A DNA stretch of 64,000 bases from an uncultured Gemmatimonadota bacterium (GTDB lineage Bacteria > GCA-2686955), in the NCBI GenBank assembly GCA_964490075.1, contig CAZBBK010000019.1, positions 1 to 64,000 on the forward strand, read 5' to 3'. How positions within the stretch are numbered: the stretch's first letter is position 1; every line of letters begins with the position of its first letter. The notes below the pieces were generated by a model, which worked only from the letters and a program-made list of their open reading frames with translations, did no database searches and had not been told where the DNA came from. The position numbers and the translations under genes are program-made. Shown here one piece after another: positions 1 through 8,748 of this stretch.

Positions 1-43
1 ACCTGCGGGACTGCGCCCCCTGCGCCGCCCTCCTGAGGACCCT

Positions 44-175
44 TGCGAGCCCCCCCCCCCCGCCCCCCCCGGGGGGGCCCCCCCCCGGGGCCCCCCCCCC
101 CCCCGCCCCCCCCGCCCCCCCGCCCCCCCCCCCCCCCCCCCCCCCCCACTCCCCGCGCCCCCCCCCCGGGGCGGC
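44..175. other. Poly-C/poly-G low-complexity tract, probable sequencing or assembly artefact
   Basis: Long C homopolymers; the same kind of tract flanks the N gap at 49640. Confidence 0.75.
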
Positions 176-283
176 GCACCCGGTCAAGGGCTTGGCGCCG
201 GAACCCTCCCCTCCCAATTCCTCCCCACCAAGCCCCGAAAACAGCTACCATCAGGGTTCGCTTCGAAGCCCGAAGGTGCCCGA

Positions 284-484
284 ATGATCGTCGTCAACGA
301 AGAGTTCTGCAAAGGCTGCAAGATCTGCAGCGAGTTCTGCCCGACCAAGGTGTTGGCGGTCTCGATGGTCATCAACAACAAGGGCTACTACCCTCCGGTG
401 GTCGAGAAGCCGCGGGAGTGCCACGGCTGCAGGCTCTGCGAGCTGCTTTGCCCCGAATTCGCGATCTTCGTGGTCAATGAGTGA
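284..484 (+). CDS. korD: 2x[4Fe-4S] ferredoxin, delta subunit of 2-oxoacid:ferredoxin oxidoreductase
   Basis: CKGCKICSEFCP and CHGCRLCELLCP motifs; overlaps the alpha subunit start. Confidence 0.9.
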   Translation: MIVVNEEFCKGCKICSEFCPTKVLAVSMVINNKGYYPPVVEKPRECHGCRLCELLCPEFAIFVVNE

Positions 485-1697
485 GCGGCGGGCGCCCGTG
501 GTGGAGCGGGCCGGCGACCAGGCTCGGATGAGGGGTGAGGGCGAGGTGTCGGAGCTGCGGGATCGGTATCTGGCGACCCTCGCGGGGCGCGATTTCTTCA
601 TCCAGGGCGACGAGGCGGCCGCCATGGGGGCGGTGTTCGCGGGGCTGAGCTTCTTCGGCGGCTACCCGATCACTCCGGCCTCCGAGGTCGCCGAGGTGGT
701 GGCGCGCGAGCTGCCGAACGTGGGCGGCTTCTACGTGCAGTTCGAAGACGAGATCGCGTCGATCTCGGCGGTGGTGGGGGCGGCCTGGTCGGGGGCGCGC
801 TCGATGACCGCCACCAGCGGCCCCGGCTTTTCGCTGATGCAAGAGGCGATCGGCTACGCCTGCATGACCGAGACGCCCTGCGTGATCGTCGACGTGCAGC
901 GCTCCGGACCCTCGACGGGGCAGGCGACGTTGCCGGCCCAGGGTGACGTGATGCAGGCGCGCTGGGGCACCCACGGCGACCACGAGATCATCGCGCTGGC
1001 GCCCTCCAGCGCCCAGGAGTGCTTCGACCTGATCATCCACGCCTTCAACCTGGCCGAGGAGTATCGCACGCCGGTGATCTTCTTGATGGACGGCGAGATC
1101 GGGCACCTCAGGGAGCGCGTGGTGTTCCCCGATCCCGGCGCGGTGCGGCGCGCCGAGCGGCGCAAGGCGGGGCCGGGGACGGCGGTGTTCGGGGGCGAGA
1201 CGGTGCCGCCGATGATGGAGTTCGGAGAGGGCGGCTTCGTGCACGTGACCGGGTCGACCCACAAGGAAGACGGGATGCGCGACGTGCAGACCCAGCGGGT
1301 GCACGACCGGCTGGTGCGGCGCCTCGTGCACAAGATCGAGTCGGCGCGCGAGCGGATCGCGATGGTCGAGAACGATGCCCAAGAGGGGGCGAAGGTCGGC
1401 GTGCTCTCCTACGGGGCGACGGCGCGGCCGGCGCGCGGCGCGGTGCTGCGGGCGCGGGCCGAAGGGCGCAGGGTGGGGCTGTTCCGGCCGATCACCATCT
1501 GGCCCTTCCCGATTACCCAGGTGCGCGAGGCCTGTCGCGGGCTCGACACCCTGATCGTGCCGGAAATGAACCTGGGGCAGCTGGCGCGCGAGGTGGAGCG
1601 CTTCGTCGATTGCGCGGTGGTGCCGCTGTCGAAGATCGGCGGGCTGATCCACTCCAGCGGGGAGATCCACCAGGAGATCGTGCGCCATGGCGCTTGA
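477..1697 (+). CDS. korA: 2-oxoacid:acceptor oxidoreductase alpha subunit (copy 1)
   Basis: GYPITPASE, EDEIAS, TATSGPGFSL, QRSGPSTG, PEMNLGQ. Confidence 0.93.
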   Translation: MSERRAPVVERAGDQARMRGEGEVSELRDRYLATLAGRDFFIQGDEAAAMGAVFAGLSFFGGYPITPASEVAEVVARELPNVGGFYVQFEDEIASISAVVGAAWSGARSMTATSGPGFSLMQEAIGYACMTETPCVIVDVQRSGPSTGQATLPAQGDVMQARWGTHGDHEIIALAPSSAQECFDLIIHAFNLAEEYRTPVIFLMDGEIGHLRERVVFPDPGAVRRAERRKAGPGTAVFGGETVPPMMEFGEGGFVHVTGSTHKEDGMRDVQTQRVHDRLVRRLVHKIESARERIAMVENDAQEGAKVGVLSYGATARPARGAVLRARAEGRRVGLFRPITIWPFPITQVREACRGLDTLIVPEMNLGQLAREVERFVDCAVVPLSKIGGLIHSSGEIHQEIVRHGA

Positions 1698-2703
1698 GCG
1701 GCTGAACGATCCGGAATATTTCGACGAGCTGGGCGCCGCCACGGCAACGCCCGAGCCGGCCGGCGCCCCTTGCTACGGCGTCGCCGATCCCCTGGCCGGG
1801 CTCTTGCCGGAGGATCTGCCGGCGCCGGCGCGCAAGCCGCGCCACCGCCTGCTGCGCTACCTGCGCGAAGAGATCATGCCGCACACTTTCTGTGTCGGCT
1901 GCGGCGGCGGCACGGTGCTCAACACCTTCTCGTGCGCGATCGACGAGATGGGAATCGACCCGCGCGAGATCGTGGCGGTGACCGGCATCGGCTGCTCGTC
2001 GTGGATTCCCAGCCCCTACTTTCACTGCGACACTTTGCACACCACCCACGGCCGGGCGGTGGCCTTCGCGCACGGCGTGAAGGTGATGAAGCCGGAGATG
2101 AAGGTGATCATCATCGCCGGCGACGGCGACCTGGCGGGGATCGGCGGCAACCACCTGATCCATGCCGCGCGGCGCAACATCGACATCACGGTTTTTCTGG
2201 TCAACAACTTCATCTACGGCATGACCGGCGGCCAGGTGTCGCCGACCACACCCTTCGGCATCCGCACCACCACCACGCCCTACAGCAACGTGGAACACCC
2301 TTTCAAGATCGCCGAGCTGGTGGTGGCGGCGGGGGCGAATTATGTCGCCCGATGGACCACCTATCACGCCTTTCAGCTCATGGAGTCGATGCAGAACGCG
2401 ATTCGCAAGAAGGGCTTCACCTTCGTCGAGATCATGAGTCAGTGCCCGGTCAGCTACGGCAAGGCATCGGGTCTGCACGACGCGGTGTCGGCGCTGCATC
2501 ACTTCCGCGAGCAGTCCATCGAGGTCGAGAACACGGCCGGAATGTGCGAAGAGGAGCTCGAAGGAAAATATGTCGTCGGCAAGTTGATCGAAAGAAATCG
2601 CAGCGAGTTCACCGCTGGGCTGCGCCGCGTGAACCGCGAGCGGCGACAAGTTCTGGAAGAGCAGCTCGGCGTGGCTGCGCCGGAGCAGGGGGCGCGGGGA
2701 TGA
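1687..2703 (+). CDS. korB: 2-oxoacid:ferredoxin oxidoreductase beta (TPP-binding) subunit (copy 1)
   Basis: FCVGCG, GIGCSS, HTTHGRA, GDGD...NN, YGMTGGQ, SQCP. Confidence 0.93.
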   Translation: MALERLNDPEYFDELGAATATPEPAGAPCYGVADPLAGLLPEDLPAPARKPRHRLLRYLREEIMPHTFCVGCGGGTVLNTFSCAIDEMGIDPREIVAVTGIGCSSWIPSPYFHCDTLHTTHGRAVAFAHGVKVMKPEMKVIIIAGDGDLAGIGGNHLIHAARRNIDITVFLVNNFIYGMTGGQVSPTTPFGIRTTTTPYSNVEHPFKIAELVVAAGANYVARWTTYHAFQLMESMQNAIRKKGFTFVEIMSQCPVSYGKASGLHDAVSALHHFREQSIEVENTAGMCEEELEGKYVVGKLIERNRSEFTAGLRRVNRERRQVLEEQLGVAAPEQGARG

Positions 2704-3239
2704 GGATTCGCTTCGCCGGCTTCGGCGGCCAGGGAATCGTCTCTTGCGGGCTCAACATGGGCAAGGCGGCGATGCTCGATGGTAAGAACGCCATCCAAAC
2801 CCAGTCCTACGGCAGCGCGTCGCGCGGCGGGCTGACCTATAGCGACGTGAGCATCGAGGATGGCGAGATTCACGAGCTCTTGCTCGAGGAGTTCGACGTG
2901 CTGGTGGCGCTCTCGCAGCAGTCCTGCGACAGATTTCGCGGCAAGATCGCGCCCGGGGGCACGCTCTTCTACGAGAGCGACCTGGCGACGGTCGAGGCGG
3001 GGGCCGGCCAACGGGCCTTTGGCGTTCGCGCCACCGACATCGCGTTCAAGCAGTTCGGGCGCAAGATCATGGCCAACATGATCGTGCTCGGCTTCGTCAA
3101 TCAGGTGCTGGGCGTGGTCAGCTGCGATTCGCTGGCGAGCACCATTCGAGAGAGCGTTCCGCCCGGCACCGAAGGCAAAAACATCGAGGCCTTCGAAGAG
3201 GGCATGCGGCTGGGAGCCGAAGCGATGGCGGGCCAATGA
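2700..3239 (+). CDS. korC: 2-oxoacid oxidoreductase gamma subunit (copy 1)
   Basis: MRIRFAGFGGQG, QSYGSASRGG; ATG at 2700 overlaps the beta stop (ATGA); C-terminal part of track ORF 1770..3239. Confidence 0.9.
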   Translation: MRIRFAGFGGQGIVSCGLNMGKAAMLDGKNAIQTQSYGSASRGGLTYSDVSIEDGEIHELLLEEFDVLVALSQQSCDRFRGKIAPGGTLFYESDLATVEAGAGQRAFGVRATDIAFKQFGRKIMANMIVLGFVNQVLGVVSCDSLASTIRESVPPGTEGKNIEAFEEGMRLGAEAMAGQ

Positions 3240-3769
3240 TGACCAAAGAGATTCGAATCTGCGGCTTTGGCGGACAGGGCATCATCCTGGCCGGAGTGAT
3301 TCTCGGCGAGGCGGCGGTCAAGGCCGGCTACCAGGCAGTGCAAACTCAGTCCTACGGCCCTGAGTCGCGCGGCGGCGCGGCGCGTTCCGAGGTAGTAATC
3401 GCCAGCGACACGATTCACTACCCGCGGGTAACCCGCGCCGACGTGATGGTGGCTCTTTCGCAGGCCGCCTTCGACAAGTACGGCTCGGAGGGAGTCGGCG
3501 AAAACTGCCGAGTGGTGGTCGATGAAGGCTTGGTGAAGGCCGAGGGTGTGAAGACGCTGCCCTTCACCGCCGTCGCCGAGAAGGTGGGACACAAGATCGT
3601 GACCAACATCGTGATGCTCGGCTACCTGAGCGCGCTGCTCGAGATCGTGCCGCCTGAGGTGCTCGAAGAGACGGTGCGGGCCAACATCCCGAAGGGCACC
3701 GAGGAGCTGAACATGAAGGCGCTCCAGGCTGGCCGAGCGCTCTACCTCGGCGGCAGCAACCACCTCTAG
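3236..3769 (+). CDS. korC: 2-oxoacid oxidoreductase gamma subunit (copy 2)
   Basis: EIRICGFGGQG, QSYGPESRGG, NIVMLG. Confidence 0.92.
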   Translation: MMTKEIRICGFGGQGIILAGVILGEAAVKAGYQAVQTQSYGPESRGGAARSEVVIASDTIHYPRVTRADVMVALSQAAFDKYGSEGVGENCRVVVDEGLVKAEGVKTLPFTAVAEKVGHKIVTNIVMLGYLSALLEIVPPEVLEETVRANIPKGTEELNMKALQAGRALYLGGSNHL

Positions 3770-3784
3770 GCGGAAGCGGGATTC

Positions 3785-4975
3785 GTGGCGACAGAATTCG
3801 ACTATCAGCGGGTGATGACAGCGCTGGGCGAGCGCGAGCAATTCGCCCAGGGCGATGTGGCCTGCGCCTACGGGGCACTCTTGGGTGGCTGCGACTTTTT
3901 CGCGGGCTATCCGATCACGCCGGCGACCGAGGTGGCTGAGGCGATGGCGCGGCTGCTGCCGAAAATCGGCGGAACCTGCATCCAGATGGAGGACGAGATC
4001 GCGTCGATCTCGGCGATCATCGGGGCGTCGTGGGTCGGGCGCCGCACCCTGACCGCGACCAGCGGCCCCGGTTTCTCGCTGATGCAGGAGAACATCGGCT
4101 ACGCCTTCATGACCGAGACGCCCTGCGTGATCATCGACGTCCAGCGCTCCGGTCCGTCCACCGGTCAACCGACCGAGCCGGCCCAGGGCGACATGCTGCA
4201 GGCTCGCTGGGGGACCCACGGCGACCACGAGATCATCGCCCTGGCCCCGGCCTCGGTGCAGGAGTGCGTCGATCTGACCCGCGCCGCCTTCGACCTCTCG
4301 GAGCGCTACCGCACGCCGGTGCTGGTGATGACCGACGGCGAGGTGGGGCACATGCGCGAGAAGATCGTGCTGCCGGCGGCGGGCGAGGTGGCGCTGGTGG
4401 AGCGGGACCAACCAGCCGGCGGACCGGAGACGCACGTGCCCTTCCAGGCGGTGCGGGGCCAGGTCCCGGAGATGGCGCGCTTCGGCACCGGCTACCACAC
4501 TTACGTGACCGGTTTGACCCACGACGAGCGCGGGCTGCCCTCGACCGACGACGCGCGGACCCACAGCCGCCTGATCGAGCGGCTCTGCGCCAAAGTGAGC
4601 GAGGCGACCGAGGAGCTGACGCGGGTCGAGCAAGATCTCCAGGAGGGGGCCGAGGTCGCCATCGTCTCCTACGGCATCTCGGCGCGCTCGGCGCAGGGCG
4701 CGGTGCAGGAGCTGCGGGCGCGGGGGGTGCGGGTGAGCCATCTGCGCTTGATCACGGTGTTCCCCTTCCCCGAGGCGGTGGTGGCGGAGCTGGCCGCGGG
4801 GGTCGAGCGCATCGTCGTGCCGGAGCTCAACCTGGGGCAGATCTGCCACAGCGTGCGCGAGGCGGTCGGCGGAGCGGCGGCGGTGGAGCGCGTTTCCAAG
4901 ATCGGCGGCGAGATCATCACCCCGAGCGAGATCGTGCGCGCGGTGACCGAAGGCGGCCGGCCGGTCCGGGTCTAG
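3785..4975 (+). CDS. korA: 2-oxoacid:acceptor oxidoreductase alpha subunit (copy 2)
   Basis: GYPITPATE, EDEIAS, TSGPGFSL, QRSGPSTG, PELNLGQ. Confidence 0.93.
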   Translation: MATEFDYQRVMTALGEREQFAQGDVACAYGALLGGCDFFAGYPITPATEVAEAMARLLPKIGGTCIQMEDEIASISAIIGASWVGRRTLTATSGPGFSLMQENIGYAFMTETPCVIIDVQRSGPSTGQPTEPAQGDMLQARWGTHGDHEIIALAPASVQECVDLTRAAFDLSERYRTPVLVMTDGEVGHMREKIVLPAAGEVALVERDQPAGGPETHVPFQAVRGQVPEMARFGTGYHTYVTGLTHDERGLPSTDDARTHSRLIERLCAKVSEATEELTRVEQDLQEGAEVAIVSYGISARSAQGAVQELRARGVRVSHLRLITVFPFPEAVVAELAAGVERIVVPELNLGQICHSVREAVGGAAAVERVSKIGGEIITPSEIVRAVTEGGRPVRV

Positions 4976-5002
4976 GACCGGCGGCGAGCGGGAGAGCGAG
5001 AC

Positions 5003-5851
5003 ATGTTCAATCAGGCCGAGAAGATCTCATCGAGCTACCTGCGCGAGGCGATGTGGCCGTCGATCTTTTGCACCGGCTGCGGGATCGGCAACGTCCTCAA
5101 CTACACCCTGAGGGCGATCGACGCCTGTGCGCTCGACATCGACAAGGTCGCGTTCTGCTCCGGGATCGGCTGCTCGTCGCGGCTGCCGGGCTACATCGAC
5201 GCCGACGGCCTGCACACCACCCACGGGCGCGCCATCGCCTTCGCCACCGGGGTGAAGCTGGCCGATCCCGAGCTGACCGTGGTGGTGTTCACCGGCGACG
5301 GCGACATGGCCGGCATCGGCGGCAACCACTTCATCCACGCCGCCCGCCGCAACCTCGACCTGACGGTGATCTGCGTCAACAACTTCAACTACGGCATGAC
5401 CGGGGGCCAGGTCTCCCCGACCACGCCGGTCGACGCCACCACCACCACCACGCCCTACGGCAACATAGAGCAGCCCTTCGACCTGTGCCGCCTGGCGATC
5501 GGAGCCGGAGCGCCCTTCGTGGCGCGCTGGACGGTCGGCTACCCCTACGAGACCATCCAGACCCTGGAAGCGGCGTTGCGCCACAAGGGTTTTTCGTTCG
5601 TGGAGCTCTTGAATCCCTGCCCCACCGGCTACGGCAAGGGCAACGAGCTGCGCGACGCGACCAAGGCCTGGGCCTGGTACAAGGAGAACTCGATCACGCG
5701 CACCGAGCTGGCTCAGCTCGACCCGGAGGAGCGCGCGGCCAACCGCAAGATCGTGATCGGCAACTTGTGGGACGAGCCGAAGCCGGAGTACTCAGAGCGC
5801 TGGGAGAGCTTCGTGGGGGGCGTGGGGGGCGGGGATCACACCAAGCGGTGA
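5003..5851 (+). CDS. korB: 2-oxoacid:ferredoxin oxidoreductase beta subunit (copy 2)
   Basis: FCTGCG, GIGCSSR, HTTHGRA, GDGD, YGMTGGQ, PCP. Confidence 0.93.
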   Translation: MFNQAEKISSSYLREAMWPSIFCTGCGIGNVLNYTLRAIDACALDIDKVAFCSGIGCSSRLPGYIDADGLHTTHGRAIAFATGVKLADPELTVVVFTGDGDMAGIGGNHFIHAARRNLDLTVICVNNFNYGMTGGQVSPTTPVDATTTTTPYGNIEQPFDLCRLAIGAGAPFVARWTVGYPYETIQTLEAALRHKGFSFVELLNPCPTGYGKGNELRDATKAWAWYKENSITRTELAQLDPEERAANRKIVIGNLWDEPKPEYSERWESFVGGVGGGDHTKR

Positions 5852-7122
5852 TCGGCGTCGGCGGGGCGTACCGGCCAGGACGAACGCGCGGCGAGATCCG
5901 GCAGGTCGAGCGGTGCGGGCGGATCCCAGAAGATCACGTGGCGATCGTCGCTGCCGCGGGAGATGAAGCCCAGGTTGCGGTAGACGGCCGACGCTGTCTC
6001 GTCCTCCGGGTCGCGGGAGGAGATCGCCTCGACGCCGGCGGCGCGAGCCTCTTGCAGCAGCCCTCTGAGCACCCCCGAGAGCGCGTCTGAGTCGCCGCGT
6101 CGCACCAGCAGGTCAGAGATCTCCCAGCGCCGGGTGCCGCGCGGGCCGACGATGGTCTCGACGACGGCGTAGCCGAGCGGCTCGCTGTTCTCCACCAGGA
6201 AGATCTTGTAGCGCGCTTGTGGGCAGTCGGCGAAGCGCCAGTTCAGGTAGTCGGTGCTGCGCTCCAGGATCAGCGGGTAGCTGTCCATGACCTGGTCGAG
6301 CCAGGGATCGAGGGCGCGCGGCAGGCGGGTGAGGCGGCGGCAGCGGATGGCCCGCGGCAGCCGGGTCCAGGCGCGGTCGGCGAGCTGGAGCGAGGCGCTG
6401 GCCAGACCCGAGAGCAGGCGCGAGGCCACGATGCCTTGCAGGTTGAGCAGCCGCACGCGCGGGGTGGGGACCGGCCAGTAGAGGAAGACCGGTCGGCAGC
6501 CGAGCTCCGGCGGTGGACCGAAGGGCACCGGGTCGAAGCTCTGGTCCGAGTCGAAGCTCCAGTAGTCGTTGCCCCGGAACCACTTCTTGTAGAGGGTGAT
6601 GGCGTCGGAGACCTGGCCCCACATGGGCACGGGCCAGCGGCGCATGGTCTGCCAGAGCTTCACCACGCTGCCCTGGCTCTCCGGGTGGGCAGAGAGGGCG
6701 CCCGAGAGGTAGATGCGCCACGGTCGACCGCGCACTCGGAAGGTCTGCGGCAGGCAGATCTGGATCGACTCCACGCGGCCTTTGCGGACCCGCGCCGGTA
6801 CCACCATCTCTTCCCAGTCGGCGCAGCGATGCGGGTTGGCGTTCATCAGCCAGTCCCAGCGTTGTCGCAGGGACTTGGCCTCGGCGCTGCCCCAGACCAG
6901 TTCGTGGAGCTCGAAGAGCTGCGGCAGCTCGGGCGGCTTCAGAAAGCGGTAGCCGCGATCCTCGAAGACATCCGGATAGGGAACGATGCCGGGCAGCGGC
7001 GCCTCGAAGGGATCGGACCACGTCTTCCAGACCTCGGAGGGGCATCGGTGCCCCGGCACGTTGAGCTTGGCGCGAGGCGCCGCCGCGCCGCGACTGTCTC
7101 CGTGCGCTGCATCGGTCGTCAT
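5836..7122 (-). CDS. GNAT-fold (tandem acetyltransferase-like) protein
   Basis: WDWLMNANP, LSAHPE.QG, RSTDYLNWRF, GYAV, YRNLGF; start at MTTD (7122) is uncertain. Confidence 0.55.
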   Translation of the reverse strand: MTTDAAHGDSRGAAAPRAKLNVPGHRCPSEVWKTWSDPFEAPLPGIVPYPDVFEDRGYRFLKPPELPQLFELHELVWGSAEAKSLRQRWDWLMNANPHRCADWEEMVVPARVRKGRVESIQICLPQTFRVRGRPWRIYLSGALSAHPESQGSVVKLWQTMRRWPVPMWGQVSDAITLYKKWFRGNDYWSFDSDQSFDPVPFGPPPELGCRPVFLYWPVPTPRVRLLNLQGIVASRLLSGLASASLQLADRAWTRLPRAIRCRRLTRLPRALDPWLDQVMDSYPLILERSTDYLNWRFADCPQARYKIFLVENSEPLGYAVVETIVGPRGTRRWEISDLLVRRGDSDALSGVLRGLLQEARAAGVEAISSRDPEDETASAVYRNLGFISRGSDDRHVIFWDPPAPLDLPDLAARSSWPVRPADADHRLV

Positions 7123-7342
7123 CGCCAATCTCCGAGGTGCGGTGGCCCGTTCAGGCCTTGCGGGCCTCGCCCGAGGTCCCTGGTTCAATGAATCGGTCGA
7201 TCGGCAGGGCGGTCTTGAACCGCGGCGGGGTGCTTCGGCGGGCGGACGCCGGCGATCTGTCCGACAGTTGAGCAGCGGCGGATCCTCCCGGGTGCCCGGT
7301 CGAGGAAACGATCAACTCGTGCACCGTGCAGGAATCCGCCCC

Positions 7343-8740
7343 ATGACGCCTCCATTCTCCCCCCGCGCCCTCGTTTTCTGGGCGACCGCCCTGGCCGGCG
7401 GCAGCGCCGCGGCCGAGGTTCGGCGGGTTCCGGAGGACCACGTGACCATTCAGGAGGCCATCGAAGCGTCGCATTCCGGCGACCTGGTCTCGATCGCCGC
7501 GCGGGAAGAACCCTACGTCGAAGCGCTCCATATCTCAAGCGCCGCCGGCCTCGATACCCTCACTCTCGAGTCGCGCGCGAGCGTCGATCCGGCCGCGATC
7601 GTCGCCCCTGCGGGGGCCAGGGCCGTGGTCGAGGTGGACGCCGAAATGCGGGGAATCAGTCTGACGCTGCGCGGTCTCGATCTGCGCAACCACAATCCGC
7701 GCATCAATCCGCCCGGCAGGATCGACGGCGAGGCAGCCGCCGAACTATGTCTCTACGGGCTGCGGATTCGCACCAGCCGCTCAGCGGACGCCGAGCAGGC
7801 GCTCTACACTTGCGCCCTCAGGATGGAAGATTCGCGAATCTCCTCTTCCGACTTCGGGATCGGCATCGGTTGGTGGCGGCGAATCTACTTCGACCAGGTC
7901 GATGCTCCGCAGGCGAAGCTCGAGGTGACGCTGCGCGGCAACACGATCGAGGGACTCAGCGACGACGACAACGACGGCATCGCGCTGTGGGGTGCGGCCT
8001 CTGGAGAGATCTCCGGCAACATCGTCGAGGGCTTCGGAGAGGGGGTCCATACCAGCGCCGCCGGACACGCGCCGGCCGGGCTGTCGGTGCACAACAACGT
8101 GTTCTTTCACGGCCGCTCGAGCGCCTTCCACGTGGCGCATCACGCCGGCCTCGTGGTCGTCAGCAACAACATCTTCTCGGGTCCGCGAGCGTGCTCCGAG
8201 ATCGATCTCTCGGCGCTCGATTCTCTCGACTCGCTCGAGGCGCCGCGCTGGATCTGTCCGCCGCGACCCTTCTCCGACGGTTTGACCTGCACCGGTGCCG
8301 ATACCCTGGTCGTCACCAACAACCTGTTCGTCGCCAATCACGGCGACGCGCTGCGGATCGAGCGCGCGCGCTACCCGGGCGTCACTGTGCTGGCCGTTCA
8401 TGGCAACATCTTTTACAAGAACAACCCCCTGCACCTGGACAAGTACGACATCTTGATCGAACGCGACGGGTTCTGGAATCACCGCCTCAAGGTAGATCTA
8501 GGTCACAACAGTTTTTGGGGGAACCGCGGCAACCAGCGGATCTGCAACGCGCCCGAGCTCATCCGCGCATCGAACCAGCTGCGCGATCCCGGCTTCCACG
8601 GCTGTTGGACACCCGGCGACACGCTCCTGGTCGACGCCGGCTGGCCGCATCCGGAGCTCAACGACTGCGACCAGTCGCGCAACGATATCGGCATCTACGG
8701 GGGACCACGGGGTGGCTGGTCCCCCGCTTGGTGTGAGTGA
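7343..8740 (+). CDS. Secreted right-handed beta-helix protein
   Basis: Signal peptide, RVPEDHVTIQEAI, NN/GN beta-helix rungs, C-terminal VDAG...RNDIGIYGG motif. Confidence 0.75.
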   Translation: MTPPFSPRALVFWATALAGGSAAAEVRRVPEDHVTIQEAIEASHSGDLVSIAAREEPYVEALHISSAAGLDTLTLESRASVDPAAIVAPAGARAVVEVDAEMRGISLTLRGLDLRNHNPRINPPGRIDGEAAAELCLYGLRIRTSRSADAEQALYTCALRMEDSRISSSDFGIGIGWWRRIYFDQVDAPQAKLEVTLRGNTIEGLSDDDNDGIALWGAASGEISGNIVEGFGEGVHTSAAGHAPAGLSVHNNVFFHGRSSAFHVAHHAGLVVVSNNIFSGPRACSEIDLSALDSLDSLEAPRWICPPRPFSDGLTCTGADTLVVTNNLFVANHGDALRIERARYPGVTVLAVHGNIFYKNNPLHLDKYDILIERDGFWNHRLKVDLGHNSFWGNRGNQRICNAPELIRASNQLRDPGFHGCWTPGDTLLVDAGWPHPELNDCDQSRNDIGIYGGPRGGWSPAWCE

Positions 8741-8748
8741 GGCGGATC

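Noticed and set aside
43-480. Poly-proline ORF
   Set aside because: It is the translation of an artefact-like poly-C tract and overlaps the real ferredoxin in another frame.
1770-2699. Long N-terminal extension of gamma subunit 1
   Set aside because: Shadow frame of beta1; the real start is the ATG at 2700.
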